From Paraspadella gotoi (taxonomy: Eukaryota > Animalia > Chaetognatha): 64,000 bases of DNA. Both the position numbers and the translations under genes were made by a program. Positions within the stretch are counted from its first letter, which is position 1. Every line of letters starts with the position of its first letter. The notes beneath the pieces are model-generated. The model was not told where the DNA came from. It saw only the letters and a list, made by a program, of their open reading frames with translations, and made no database searches. Of the stretch, positions 1 through 13,170 are shown piece by piece. The stretch lies in assembly GCA_051294375.1 (NCBI GenBank), contig CM119271.1, positions 8,299,788 through 8,363,787 of the forward strand. The letters are read 5' to 3'.

Positions 1-400
1 AGGACGAAAAGGGAAACAATTGTAAAGGAATAGAGACGAAAACGGACGAAAAGGGAAACAATTGTAAAGGGAATAGAGACGAAAGGGACAAAAGGGAACA
101 ATTGTAAAGGAAAAGAAACGAAAGGACTAAAGGGAAACAATTGTAATGAATAGAGACGAAAAGGGACAAAAGGGAAACAATTGTAAAGGGAATAGAAGAC
201 GAAAAGGGACACAAAAGGAAACAATTGTAAAGGAAATAGAAATGAAAGGACAAAAGGGAAACAATTGTAAAGGGAAGAGACGAAAAGGACGAAAAGGGAA
301 ACAATTGTAAAGGAAATAGAAACGAAGGACTAAAATGGGAAACAATTGTAAAGGATTAGAGACGAAAAGAGGACTAAAGGGAAACAATTCTAATGGGACT
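1..400. repeat. ~40-bp tandem minisatellite (unit ~GGACRAAAAGGGAAACAATTGTAAAGGAATAGAGACGAAA), about 10 copies, truncated by window start
   Basis: GGGAAACAATTGTAA recurs about every 40 nt from 1 to ~390. Confidence 0.95.
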
Positions 401-840
401 TGAGAAAAAAAAAAGGACAAAAAATGAACCAAAAAAAAAAAAAAAAATGGCGGGAAACCTGTGGGCGAAAGTCCCTCCTGGATAGAAGCCAGTCTCGTCT
501 CCTCTCCACTTCATTTTCACCATGAGATCCAACGACGGCCTTTGTCCCTTCCAATCCGCCTTACCTCCTCCTCCTCCTCCCCTCCTCCGCCGCCGCCGCC
601 GCCGCCGCCGCCGACCGCGTCTCGGTAAGTTGTGCAGAATCTCGTTCCCCAACCAAAATTCTCCGCTCTCTCCCAGAATCCCAGTTTGTAGTCGGCCCAG
701 TCCCTGGTTTGAGGGGGGGGGGAGGGAAGAATAGAGGGAGGAGGGAGGGGGAGAGTTGATTATTTCGTGAAGAGGAAATGACGAGTTAAAGAAATAGAAA
801 TATTAGATTTGATGGTCGTTGAGAAGTCACTTGTAGGAGG

Positions 841-888
<48 letters not shown>

Positions 889-1858
889 CAGGAGAGAGAG
901 AGAGAGAGAAGAAAAGGAAGAAAAAAAAAAGATAACCTTGTCTCGGACTAAAAAAATATTAGAGAGGTGAGTTTGATGGACTGATAATTCTGAACAGTAT
1001 AAGCGACCACGTTGGCTCTTTGTAGTATGTATATATCAAAAGAGACATCTTGAAATATTTTACAATTTTTTAAATAATTTCTGTCTTCCCAGTTAAAGTT
1101 TAAAAAGCTGTTCCGAGAATAAGATCTTACGAGAATGTTGCGAATGATCGTTAAATTACCGTCGAATAAAAATATAAAAAAAACTTAAAGAAAGAGTAAA
1201 GAAGAGAGCGATAAAGAGAAGAGTAGATAGACAAGTTATCTGGTCGTTTATAATGTTATTTTAAATATTTTTACATTTACTGATAGGAAATGATGTCAAT
1301 ATTGTTGATGTAACATTTCAAATCAATCGACCCACGCGTTGAAAAATAATCTACAAAAAATGGTCATTTTCCACGCCCAATTTTTAAAACAAATCTGCGT
1401 TCGTTAAATTTTTTTTTTGGTTCCACTTAAATTTTTAGCTTTTGCCGAGTGACTTCATTGGTAATAAAAAAAAATGATTTTCTTTGATATCTTTTGAACC
1501 AAAAATGATAGAACGATGAGACTGGTATCATATTAAAGCCATAATTATGGGGCATTCTTTTCCATATAATTTTTTTCCAAATATTTCCACGTATTTTTTA
1601 AAAATCTGGATCGGAATCTTAGTCAAAAGTATAACAACTTTTGAAATTAAATTAAACACACTTGGCTGTATTTAAAAAAATAAATAAATATAGATTCCGA
1701 AAAAGAAAAGGTTGAATTATGTTTCTGATATAAACAAAAATTTTCTATACCTCAAATGTTTATATAATTACTAAGGATAATGAATTATCATTTTTGTTGA
1801 AAACAAAAAAATTTAAAAAATTCATGAAGGAACCTTAAAAAACATATGATTTAAATAT

Positions 1859-3006
1859 GATTTAACAAAGTTTGGAAATGTTTTCGTCAACGATTTTTTA
1901 TTAGTATAAGGACATGTTTCGACTCTTCATTTCGAGTCTTCATCAGCAGTAATGATGCATTAACAAATTTGTGTAAAAGAAGGAGAGAGAGAGAGAGAGA
2001 GAGTGAGAGAGAAAGAGAGAGAGAGAGAGAGAGGGCCAAAAGTTTCCAACACAGAGATAGTTGTTAAAGAATGAGTACAGTTTGAGTTGAGGACAGATCA
2101 GTTGTGAAAAGAAGTGAAATGGTCAATTGGTGAAAGAGAGAGAGAGAGAGACAGAAGGAGAGAGGGAGAGAGAGAGAGAGAGAGAGAAAAAAACAGGGAG
2201 AGACAAAATAATACATTATGTAATGTACAACAAAGAATAAATTTAAACTAATGGTGAATTTAACAATTATTCTAGTAATAAATAGATAGTAATGAAAGGA
2301 AGAAAGTTTTTAAATGTGAAATGATACATTTTTGTGAGGGATAGATAAGTGAATGTTAAAGTGAAAAATTAAGAATTAAGATAGAGCTCAAAATGAGCTG
2401 GCCCCCTTGGTTTATGCAAATGAATGGGGGGCCAGCTCATTTTGAGCTCTATCTTAATTCTTAATTTTTCACTTTAACATTCACTTATCTATCCCTCACA
2501 AAATGTATCATTTCACATTTAAAAACTTTCTTTCCTTTCATTACTATCTATTTATTACTAGAATAATTGTTAAATTCACCATTAGTTTTAAATTTATTCT
2601 TGTTGTACATTACATAATGTATTATTTTGTCTCTCCCTGTTTTTCTCTCTCTCTCTCTCTCTCTCCCTCTCTCCTTCTGTCTCTCTCTCTCTCTCTTTCA
2701 CCAATTGACCATTTCACTTCTTTTCACAACTGATCTGTCCTCAACTCAAACTGTACTCATTCTTTAACAACTATCTCTGTGTTGGAAACTTTTGGCCCTC
2801 TCTCTCTCTCTCTCTCTTTCTCTCTCACTCTCTCTCTCTCTCTCTCTCCCTTCTTTTACACAAATTTGTTAATGCATCATTACTGCTGATGAAGACTCGA
2901 AATGAAGAGTCGAAACATGTCCTTATACTAATAAAAAATCGTTGACGAAAACATTTCCAAACTTTGTTAAATCTCTATACTCAACGAAGCCGAAAGGATT
3001 AACACA
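1859..3006 (+). mobile_element. 5'-truncated Penelope-like element (PLE) with inverted duplication (~548-bp arms, 20-nt loop), hammerhead core, 33-nt tail and 15-bp TSD
   Basis: 1859-2406 is the reverse complement of 2427-2973. The unpaired tail is 2974-3006. ATGATTTAAATATGA occurs at 1846-1860 and 3007-3021. A hammerhead core lies at 2886-2921. Confidence 0.8.
2886..2921 (+). ncRNA. Minimal type I hammerhead ribozyme core (stem I poorly paired); antisense mirror copy at ~1912-1947
   Basis: CTGATGA-A-GACTC-gaaatgaa-GAGTC-GAAA-CATG-TC: conserved core, 5-bp stem II, palindromic ACATGT stem III region and GUC cleavage triplet. Confidence 0.8.
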
Positions 3007-4032
3007 ATGATTTAAATATGAAAATTTAGGAGTTCAAACTTTGTTCCGGCTGATTTAAAAGCTACTGACATAGGGCTAAAAGGCTATATTATCACATTTT
3101 TAAATTTTTGTCATCTTGAGGTGCAAATTAAAACCTTTGCATAATGCCCATTAGCTATATTAATATAACTATTTTTAATTAAAAAAAGCATAACAATCTT
3201 TTAATAACACGCAAATGCATGTAGCTGTATGTTAAAATTGTTGTTTTTATTTGTTATTATAATACAAGGCTTTTATCAATAAAGGGGTAAATTGCAAAGA
3301 ATATAAGTTATTTCAAGGCTCCATATCGATACTATGATATCAATGAATTTTCTTTGTTCTGGCAACGAAATGTACCTAAGACATTGTAGTTTCATTAGCT
3401 AATCTTTATTTTTATAATTTTAAAGGGCATGTTTGGCAAAAACAGTAAGAAACAAAAATGACAACAAATTTTGAGAAAAAAAATTTGGATTAATTGCTAT
3501 TATTTCTTACTATGTCGTCAATTTATTTTTTTCGTTATGTGCTTGAAAGTTAGGCTAAACCCAACAGAATCGGAATCAGTGCATGACCGCTGTATATTTA
3601 ATTGACTTCTACAGTAAATACCGCAAAATAAAAAAAAATTAAAAAGAATTCAGACCAAGCGTCGTGTTTATTTCAGTATTTTTTAGTCAAGACCTTTATG
3701 GATTTTCTTTGTTCCGGCGGCGTTGGATAGCCAAAACACTGCAGTTTCAGAAATCATCCATGGTTTTGTAATATTTACTGCGCTACTGGTGCAAAAATTG
3801 CTAGGAACCAAAATTATTAGAAACCGCTTCGTTCTTTCGGATTTTTTTTTAAGCGCGGAGCGACATATCTAAGAAGAGATAAAGAAGAGAAGACGTAATA
3901 TAGAAAGTTAAGTAGATAAGAGATGAAAAAAATGATTTAGTAGAAAGAGGAAAAGAGTAAGAAAAATCGAAAGTACCTGAGAGAAAATAAAGAAATCGAT
4001 AAAATTAAAGAGAACAATCTCCTGAAATGGTA

Positions 4033-4090
<58 letters not shown>

Positions 4091-4924
4091 GATACAGTAC
4101 GAGAAAAATATAAAAGATAATTCGGTAGAAGGAAAGCAATTAGGGATGAAGAATGTAGACTAATAAAAAAAAAAACTCTTTTTCCCCGTTCTCGAAACCC
4201 GATTAAACGTCAGGTTATCAATCTAGTCGCCAAGCAGCTTCCTCGGAGGCTGATATGTAGATTAAAAACGAGAGATCGCTAATTATATAATATATATATT
4301 TATAATATAATTATATATGTATCTCCGCCTGCGACTTTTTTTTCCTACGAGTCGCGTGCCATTCAATTAAGAAAGCTTCTGCGTCATCGGGGGGCGTTTC
4401 CACCTCCCCGAGATAGGCGAAGAGAGGAAGGAGCAGGGCGTTAGTCTGAAGGCCCTTTTTCAAAATATAACATTGTGCCCCCCCCCTCCGTAATCTTCTC
4501 CGCGACTATTTCTTTTTGTCGTCGTCGTCGTCGTCGTCGTTATTGTCATCGTCGTTTCAATGTTCAACACGGATTCTTTTGTCCTTTTTGATTTCAATCA
4601 GATGAGTCGGTTTCCCTTTTTAAGCTAATCAAGTTTTTATCTCCTCTTTATTTTTTTCTTTTTCTTTTCAAACTCGGATTTGATTGGATTCGGGATTTTT
4701 TTTTTTTCCCCCTCTTATTCCTTATCCGCACATTTCGTCGCCGCTTCGGATTTATGATCTGACACGCCTCCATCATTTCCGGACCGTCACCCACCGCCAC
4801 GCCGGCCCCGACCTCCCCCCCCCCCAAGTTCTCATTTCCTTCAAGAATGGGGTCCTCCTTCTTCGCAACGACCGGGGACATTAAGGCCCCGGCTAATGGG
4901 GTCGGGCTGACCGATGGATACGAT

Positions 4925-5066
4925 CGATTTTATAAGGATACTACTATAATATATAGAAAATTGAAGAATATAAAATTACTTTTTTTTTTTACAAATTAAT
5001 GTTCACTGATGGTACGTTGTGAATAATTGACGTTTAGAATTTTCGTATGTAACTTTCACTACGCTC
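4925..5066 (+). mobile_element. 3' fragment of the TA-flanked MITE family seen at 15787 and 16979
   Basis: Shares ACAAATTAATGTTCACTGATGGTA...TTTTCGTATGTAACTTTCACTACGCTC followed by TA. Confidence 0.8.
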
Positions 5067-5689
5067 TAGCGGACGGGCATCCAGGCAGTCAGGCATTGCT
5101 TCGGTTCTCCAAAAAAATAAATCTTATTATTTTATTCACGAGTCATTAATTGAAGCCATTAGCTCAAAGCCATTTTTTACCCATTGTGCAATGTCCAAGA
5201 AACGTTCAATTGCTGGCGAGGAGGTCCGAATATGGTACGGAATTTTATAGCGAACGAACGACCGGGAAAAAAAAGTTATACTAGATATTTTGACCTATTT
5301 TTTTTCCAGAAGACTACTAACATATCTGCCCATCAGATTATTAATAAGTTAAATACGTATAACTGATAAAAAATAGAAACAAATTGAGTATAATGTAAAA
5401 TGATAGCTCTTTTTTTTTTTAAGTAAGAAAATTAAAACAATCAACGATCAACAACAAACAATCAACTGCCCTTTACCGCGACTGTACAAGCACATGTTTC
5501 TCTCCAATATACCGATAGATGTCGCTGACGTCAACGGCGAAAGTAAAAAAAAAAAAAAATACATCGATAAATGTGTCGATTTTTAAAAAATGCTTTTCTC
5601 GAAAGAACTCAGTCTTTCACAAGCAAACGGTTTTTCTAATTACGCCGATAACTCTGTTTCCCTGCGACCATGACGACCGAGATTAGGCC

Positions 5690-6066
5690 TGACATTAACG
5701 GACGACCGAGATTAGGCTTGACATTAACGGACCTCACATATGACATAACATTACGTGACAAGACTGTAAAACTTTCGGGATGTACTATGAATTCACTGCA
5801 TCGAAATTCCGTCTTTTATTCCTTACAGTTTTAGGATTTTTTCTGTCTTAACGAATGAGCAACCAACTATAGGAGATTTATATACCAAAGCCTGTCCAAA
5901 GTCAGGGGCAAGATAGCTTATTTATTAAATGAATGGATAATTTTTATATTGGTTGTACCAATTTCATACATTTTTAACGTAAATGGGAAAGACTGACGGA
6001 CAGCCATACCGACCGACCGTCTTAAAAGTAACTTATAGAGATGCTCCGCGAGTACTCTAAAATAAA
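5690..6066 (-). mobile_element. Helentron/HINE (DINE-1-like) non-autonomous element copy; boundaries approximate
   Basis: Minus strand reads TTTTAG...GCATCTCTATAAGTTACTTTT...CGGTCGGTCGGT. The internal GTTAAGACAGAAAAAA and AATAAAAGACGGAATT blocks are shared with 46575 and 55154, and partly with 33362. Confidence 0.55.
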
Positions 6067-7562
6067 AAAAAAAAGAAAAGAAAATTGAGAGAAAAATGGA
6101 GTCAATTTGTAAAAAAGTAGAAAAATTGCAGAAAATAGATGGAAAAAAAGTTATTTAAAAAAATCAAACTCCTTGACTCCTTGACTAGATGTAAGAAGTG
6201 AAAAACGTGAGATTGATTTATCGACAAACCGATAAATGATCGAGCAGAACGACGTGAATATAAGAGCATAAAACACTTTTTTTATTATTAAGTTGTTTTT
6301 TTTTTCTTCTTTGTCTTCTTTTAACCGAGGCTGAGAATTCCCGGAGGTCGAGTTGACTGAAAACGAAACTTGCTTCATATCTTGATGCCGAAGAGATTTG
6401 GATTTTAATTGATGAAAATCAAAACTTAGTTTTTTTTTATACTTTGACACATTATTGAACTGACTTTTACCATGCTTGTAATGACGTAAGAAAAAAAAAT
6501 GACTTTTTTTAAACAATGGTTAGGAGTGACTCAATAAAGTTCAGTCGATTTTAATCAAATTTAATTACGTCTGTATGTACGTTCAGTGTTTAGTGTCCAA
6601 AAACCTTGGAATTACTTTATTAACTACTTTATTAATAAATTAACGAAGCATAGTTTAAAAAAATGAAATGATGACGATGATGATGATGATAATGATGTTG
6701 GTGATAATGAAGGCGATGGTAACGATGATGATCATTATGATGATAATTGTGATGATGATGACGCAAACGTGCGCCTCTATCATTCTATTCGGTGATGATC
6801 ACGATAAGATGGTAAAGAAAACAAAAAAGAAGGAAGGGAGGAAAAAGGAAAGATATAAAGGAGGAAGGGAAGAAAAAGGAAAGAGATGAAGGAGGAAAGG
6901 AAGAAAAAGGAAATAGAGGAGGAAGGGAATAAAGATATATATATATATATATAGATATTCAATTTCGTTTGACGGAGATAGCGGGCTCGCTGTTGTCTAC
7001 TTCTTTTTGGGGACGACTTTGTTTCCAGAACTTGAAGCGAAAAACACTTCTGACGACCTAGATGTAAATTACTGAACATTTGAGATTTGACTATGTTTTA
7101 ATTTTATTAAGCATTTCATATTTGGTGAATAATCTGGAAAAATTTATATAAACTACTTTCTATTCAGCTTTATAAAATTGAATTTTTTTAAATAAAGTTT
7201 GTAATTAACTCTGCCACTAAAGAATAACCAAATCAGCCAATCAGTCTTTTCCCACGACCAATCAACTAATCAAATCTCGATCTTCGTTATCGCGTGCGAT
7301 CGCCTCGACGCCAACTTTTCAATTTTGCCAGAAAATCGCGCGGTTTCGGCCTCGTTCCGCTCGAGACTGAAGAAGTTGAAAGGCGAGATTCTATCTTTTC
7401 TCGGAAATATAAAAAGAAAAATTAAAGTTTTGATTAAGGATAAAAAAATATATAAGCGAGAAAGCTTGACTTTGGATCCTTTTATGAAAAGGATTAGGAA
7501 ATGGAATAATTAGTAAGCACTCTTCGGATTGCTGAGCTTGGATGAAGTCGGGGTAAGTTTCT

Positions 7563-7617
<55 letters not shown>

Positions 7618-8115
7618 TTTTTCTTGCTGACAAAAGTTGACTTTGGTTCACATCTGAAGGTTTCTTATTCTCAACAAGACGACGACGAAGACGACGACGA
7701 CGACGACGACGTCTACGACGAAGCATTCGTCGGCGAGGAATGGGAACAACAGTAATAAAATGTTCTTAATTTCGAAATGAACAAACAAAACTAATTCTGT
7801 TTTGAATATAAAAAAAAACTGTTTTTAGAAAGAAAATTAATAGGAAACTATTGAAACACAGAGAACATAAATAAAGAGTTTGACAAAACGAAACTCCTTG
7901 TTAACTTGTACAGTTGATGGAAACAATTGAGCTGGTCTCGGGTCAACTGAAGCCAAGAACAAAACAGAAGAAGAAGAAAAAAAGAGAGAGAGAGGGAGAG
8001 AGAGAGAGGGAGAGAGAGTGAGAGAAAGAGAAAGATGCCCAGAGAAAAAAGAGAAAACGACAACGTTGTCAGGTCAAATCGAAACATCGGGGGTCCAAAG
8101 GGGGGAGAAAGGGAA

Positions 8116-8156
<41 letters not shown>

Positions 8157-9500
8157 AGATAAAAAAGCTGTCTTTAGTCCCAAGTAATAGCGTAACAGTC
8201 CTCCAAATAAATAAATCTCTTGTTATTGCTTATATATAGAATAGATTCTAATTTAAAAAAAAGACAAAACCATGAGTGATTTCATTATACATATCTTATC
8301 ATATCATATCATTGCATATCATATCTTATCCTTAGACTTTCCCCCCCAATTTTCCAAAGAAAGCCCGTGGACCTCAATGTTTTCAAACAAAGCTCGTCGT
8401 CACGTGACTTAAAAAACAAAGACCCAGTTCTCTGGCTTCGGAGAGACCAACAAAAGATCGATCCGCGTCTCTCTCGACTTTTTCTTGGACGAGGAGAGAG
8501 AGAGAGAGAGAGTGAGAGAGAGAGAGAGGGAGAGGGAGACGCCGATCCATGGACACATTGGACGGTGACGACGACGACAAAGACGACCCAGAAAAAAAAA
8601 GAAACGGGGGGAAAAATTCTTTTTTTCGAGGTCAAATATTCGTAGAAAGAAGTTGACCACACGAATATTTCTAACAAACAAAAGCAAATGGTAAGTCAGC
8701 TTGGGCATTTTTGCCTCGGCGTCGCTCACTTCTCGCGGGAAAATGAGTTGCGAAGTCAGTTGGTCTTTAGAAGCCATGGCAACCACAAATAGGGATATAA
8801 ATACCGATCTAAAGAGTGCAATTATAAAGTTTCTCGCGAGCGCTAACGATCCGAGTAATTTTAAAAGGTAAGTAAAGACTAAACTGATAATTCAGTTCAC
8901 AAACATAGTATCGTAAATTCATGAACGAAGTTTCCAACGGACTTCTAGTCTTCAAACAATACCACAATTCACAAATGGCAGCAGTTAGTAGTCACAAACA
9001 TTTTATCACTAGATAACTAGAAATTTAACTAGAAACGTGACGAGAAATATTTCTATGAGCTTTCGGAGTCAAACCCAAATTTCGAAGCCATCAACAACAG
9101 CCGTTTTTCTATTGTTTCTTCAACTGTCGAAGGAGACCTGGCTTCGACTCCACGACAAGTGGCACAATGGACCAGGTTTTCAAGCGACTCGCGTCCCGTT
9201 TCGATCCGATCTCCGCTGGTCACTTTTGCTCATTCACGTATCGAAAGATAGAACAAGTCCCACGTCGCTTCGGTCTCCAAATACTATTTTTATTTCTCAC
9301 TGGAAAAAAAAACCCATGAGGATCGAGAAACAATATCTGAAGAAAAATAAAGTAGATTCGTCCACCGATCAAGTTATATTATAATTATTAATAATTAATT
9401 AATAATTAATTAATTCCGTCGCGAACATAAACTAAAATCGGAGCTGTGTCAAAAGTTAAATTACTGGATTTCTATCGGACTTTCTCGGTTCTAAAGTTCA

Positions 9501-9509
9501 TATATAAAA
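9501..9509 (+). promoter_or_regulatory. TATA box of the intronless repeat-protein gene
   Basis: TATATAAAA about 70 nt upstream of a good-Kozak ATG (CGCCATGG) at 9575. Confidence 0.5.
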
Positions 9510-9574
9510 AAAAAAACAGGACGTTTAAACTTACCCTCCCAATCGCTACCTCCATTCAAACCTACCCCGTCGCC

Positions 9575-11402
9575 ATGGCCCTCCAAAACACCCAGATCCG
9601 TTTGAATCACCTCCTCAGCAGCTCGAAAACCAAGATCGAATACCTCAAGAGCCCCCTCTTTTGCAAACACCAACATTTCGAAGACGAATCCCGTAAACGA
9701 GACCACAACCGCGAACTCTACCGTCTCAAAGTCGAGGCGCGCATGCGCAAGGCCGTCCTCGCCGCCAAGGAGCGCGTCGACTCCGTCGCCTTGGCCGTCG
9801 AGCGAGCGGCCGACTTCGCCCAAGTCGACGACGTCCTGTTGACGCCGCCCCTCAGCCGCGGCATCTACGAAAGCGACGATTGCTTCGTCTTCGGCAGGCC
9901 GCCGACGCCGTCGGCCGTCGGCGAGGCGTCGATGGCCGCCGACGCCATCGTCGAGGAACCGGAGATTCGCCATCTGTCGGAACAGGCGATCCCTGGCGTT
10001 CCGCCTCCTCCGGTGAAGAGGAAGAGGAAAGACACTGGGGAATGCGGTTGGGACGACGACGACGTTGTCGGCGGATGGGGAGCCAACTACACATGGGATT
10101 CTGACATTGAAGCCAATTCGTCTTCTGGCTCCTCTTCCTCCTCCTCCTCCTCACCCTGCTCCTCCTCCTCCGTTCCCATCGTCCCTGAGAACGCTATTCC
10201 CTCCAAGCGTCAGCGTTTCTCCTCGGACCACACCGAAATGGCCTTCAACTCGTCCAACATGTCCTTCAACTCCCCTGGCATGGCCTCCAACTCGTCCAAC
10301 ATGTCCTTCAACTCCCCTGGCATGGCCTCCACCTCGTCCAACATGCCCTACAACTCGCCTGGCATGTCTTCCAACTCGTCCAACATGCCCTACAACTCGC
10401 CTGGCATGGCCTCCAACTCGTCCAACATGACCTACAACTCGCCTGGCATGTCTTCCAACTCGTCCAACATGCCCTACTACAAGCCTGGCATGACTTCCAA
10501 CTCGTCCAACATGCCCTACAACAAGCCTGGCATGTCTTCCAACTCGTCCAACATGCCATACAACTCGCCTGGCATGTCTTCCAACTCGTCCACATGCCCT
10601 ACAACAAGCCTGGCATGTCTTCCAACTCGTCCAACATGCCCTATAATTCGCCTGGCATGTCTTCCAACTCGTCCAACATGCCCTACAACTCGCCTGGCAT
10701 GTCCTTCAACTCGTCCACCATGTCTTTCAACTCCCCTGGCATGTCTTCAACTCGTCCAACATGCCCTACAACTCGCCTGGCATGTCTTCCAACTCGTCCA
10801 AGATGCCCTTCAACTCCCCTGGCATGTCCTCCAACTCGGCCAACATGCCCTTACACTCGCCTGGCATGTCCTCCAAATCGTCCAACATTGCCCTACAACT
10901 CGCCTGGCATGTCCTTCAAGTCGTCAAACTGCCCTTCAACTCGCCTGGCATGTCCTTCAACCCGCCCAACATGTCCTTCAACTCGCCTGGCATGTCCTTC
11001 AAATCATCCAACATGCCCTTCAACTCGCCTGGCATGTCCTTCAACCCGCCCAACATGCCCTTCAACTCGCTTGGCAGGTCCTTTAACAAGCCTGGATGTC
11101 CTTTCAACTCGTCCAACATGCCCTTCAACTCGCCTGGCATGACCTTCCACTCATCCAACATGCCCTTCAACTCTCCTGGCATGTCATTCAACCCGCCCAA
11201 AATGTCCTTCAACAACCCTGGCATGTCCTTCAACTCGCCCAACAAGTCCTTCAACTCGCCCGATACTGTGCCCGCCCCCTTCCACGTCCACGCTCCCGCC
11301 AACTCGGCCGACGATTTCTCCGACACCTTCGGCGACATCGCCGAGCTGCCCGACACCCCCGAGGTCGACGAGCTCGAGCCAACCTTGGGCTTCTTCATGT
11401 GA
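9575..11402 (+). CDS. Intronless ~600-aa probable nuclear protein: helical N-terminus, basic NLS-like motifs, long 14-aa (2x7) M-S/P-Y/F-N-S-P-G repeat, acidic C-terminus; several frameshifts inside the repeat
   Basis: High GC3 codon bias, Kozak ATG, TATA box, TGA at 11400-11402 and AATAAA downstream (~11744, ~11797). ORFs 9446-11086, 10594-11142 and 10761-11402 carry the same repeat peptide in successive frames, consistent with 1-nt indel errors. Confidence 0.8.
10238..11260 (+). repeat. Coding 42-bp (2x21-bp) tandem repeat, about 24 units
   Basis: Unit ~AACTCGTCCAACATGCCCTACAACTCGCCTGGCATGTCTTCC. Confidence 0.95.
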
Positions 11403-13057
11403 GAGACTTGGATTGATTTGTGAATTGTGACCTTCGCTTCTTTCGTGAAACGAAAACTTTTATGGAAGAAGAAAGTAAGTTCGTGAACTTACTAGCGTAC
11501 ATAATTGGCTTATTTTTTATTAAGTTTTCATCGTTACTGTATTTCTTATTAACTTTCGTCGAAATGATTATTTTTTTTGATTGATTGCATTACTAGTTAA
11601 TATTGATATAAAATTACCAGTATTTTTTTTTTTGAGATTGTCAAATGGGTGATGAAGTTTTAAAATTTATCTGGGCATTGTTCGTTAATATTTAATTAAA
11701 TATTTAATATTTAATGTAAAATACATATCTATATGAATTGATGAAATAAAAACTATATAATATTCCTATTTATTCTAATGTTTTGATGAACTATAGAATA
11801 AAGCAATGATACAAAGGAATATATTAGTTTATCATACGAATTATTTACCAATGATAACATGGTGTTTTTTTTTGCATACTGTAGTCTTTTATTATTCAGT
11901 TACTTTTTTCTGATTACCAAGTTGCCCAACTTCGTTGGCACAATAGTCATTTGACAATATTATTCTTTGTACCAAATTTTTGAAACTTTTGATTCTGGTT
12001 TCTTTCGGTTGAATTCAAATTTGACAAAAAAACATTGGCGTAAAATTTTGAAAATTCTTTCTACTTCATTACGTTTTTCATTAAATACACTTTTTCGACG
12101 ATACTACATTGAAAGTTGATGATACTCAACTGATTCGAATTATGACAAATCTCAATTTTGAGATTGTTAATTATTAATGAAAATATTTTTTTTAATGTTA
12201 CGTAAATATTATCTTACTTCCCTGTTGCTGCTAACTGTCGTCTGTTATCTTACATCATGAAAAGTATCGAATTATTTTTTTCCTTTCTCTTTTTACAAGG
12301 AAGGAATAACTTTTTATAACTTTTAATTTTTTTTTAATTTTTTTTTTAAACAGCCAAAATTTTATGTTCTCTTTTAATATTCCTAGTTATTCCTTCTTTG
12401 TAAATCAAATACCCATAAATCAGTTTTTTTTTTAAATAAAAATTCACAGGTTATTCTCTGATGGGTAAAATAATGAAAATGGTAGTTTAATTAAATAGAA
12501 AGTAGTTAAAAAAAAACGTTATGCTTAACAGTTTTAATGTTTAGTACACTCGTTGTTGTAAATACTAGTTTTTAGTTATTCACGAATAAAAAAAAATCTA
12601 AAACCTAAAAAGTCGATTCATTTACTTACTAGTCTCAGAGAGAAATGAATTTAAAAGTTAGTTTTATTAAAAAGCTTTTGGAAACTTGTTAAAATCCCGA
12701 AAGAAATTTTGAAAAAAAAGAACAATTTGGAGATTTATGGTCACCACAGATAGTTTCTTTAATACACGTGGGAATTGCTCAACACTCGCCATTATTTATA
12801 GTAGAATTTCTTGTGGCTAAAAACTAGACGCCTGTGAAAATTTCAGGAATTGGTGGTTTAATGTGATAACAATTATTCTTCGAACTAGAGATAGGAAATT
12901 AAAAGTATCATCATAATTTATGATGATATGATGATGATATGATGATGTGATGATATGTGATGATGATGACATAAAGTGAACCCGCCCATAGCGTGTTCAA
13001 ATTCAGGAGATAAGGTATGAATAAAAAAATTTTATATTGGTCGTAACTTCATTTTTA

Positions 13058-13078
13058 ATAAATAAAATTAATAAATAA

Positions 13079-13170
<92 letters not shown>
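13058..13170. repeat. (AAAT)n microsatellite
   Basis: Direct observation. Confidence 0.95.

Noticed and set aside
1-400. CRISPR array
   Set aside because: Inter-repeat segments are themselves near-identical, there are no cas genes, and the context is eukaryotic.
449-624. Pro-rich exon ending at a CG|gtaagt donor
   Set aside because: Plausible but no acceptor or start and no partner exon could be established; largely (CCT)/(CCG) repeat.
7848-8786. ERERER/LSLSLS ORFs here and throughout the window
   Set aside because: Products of (GA)n microsatellites with no coding signal.
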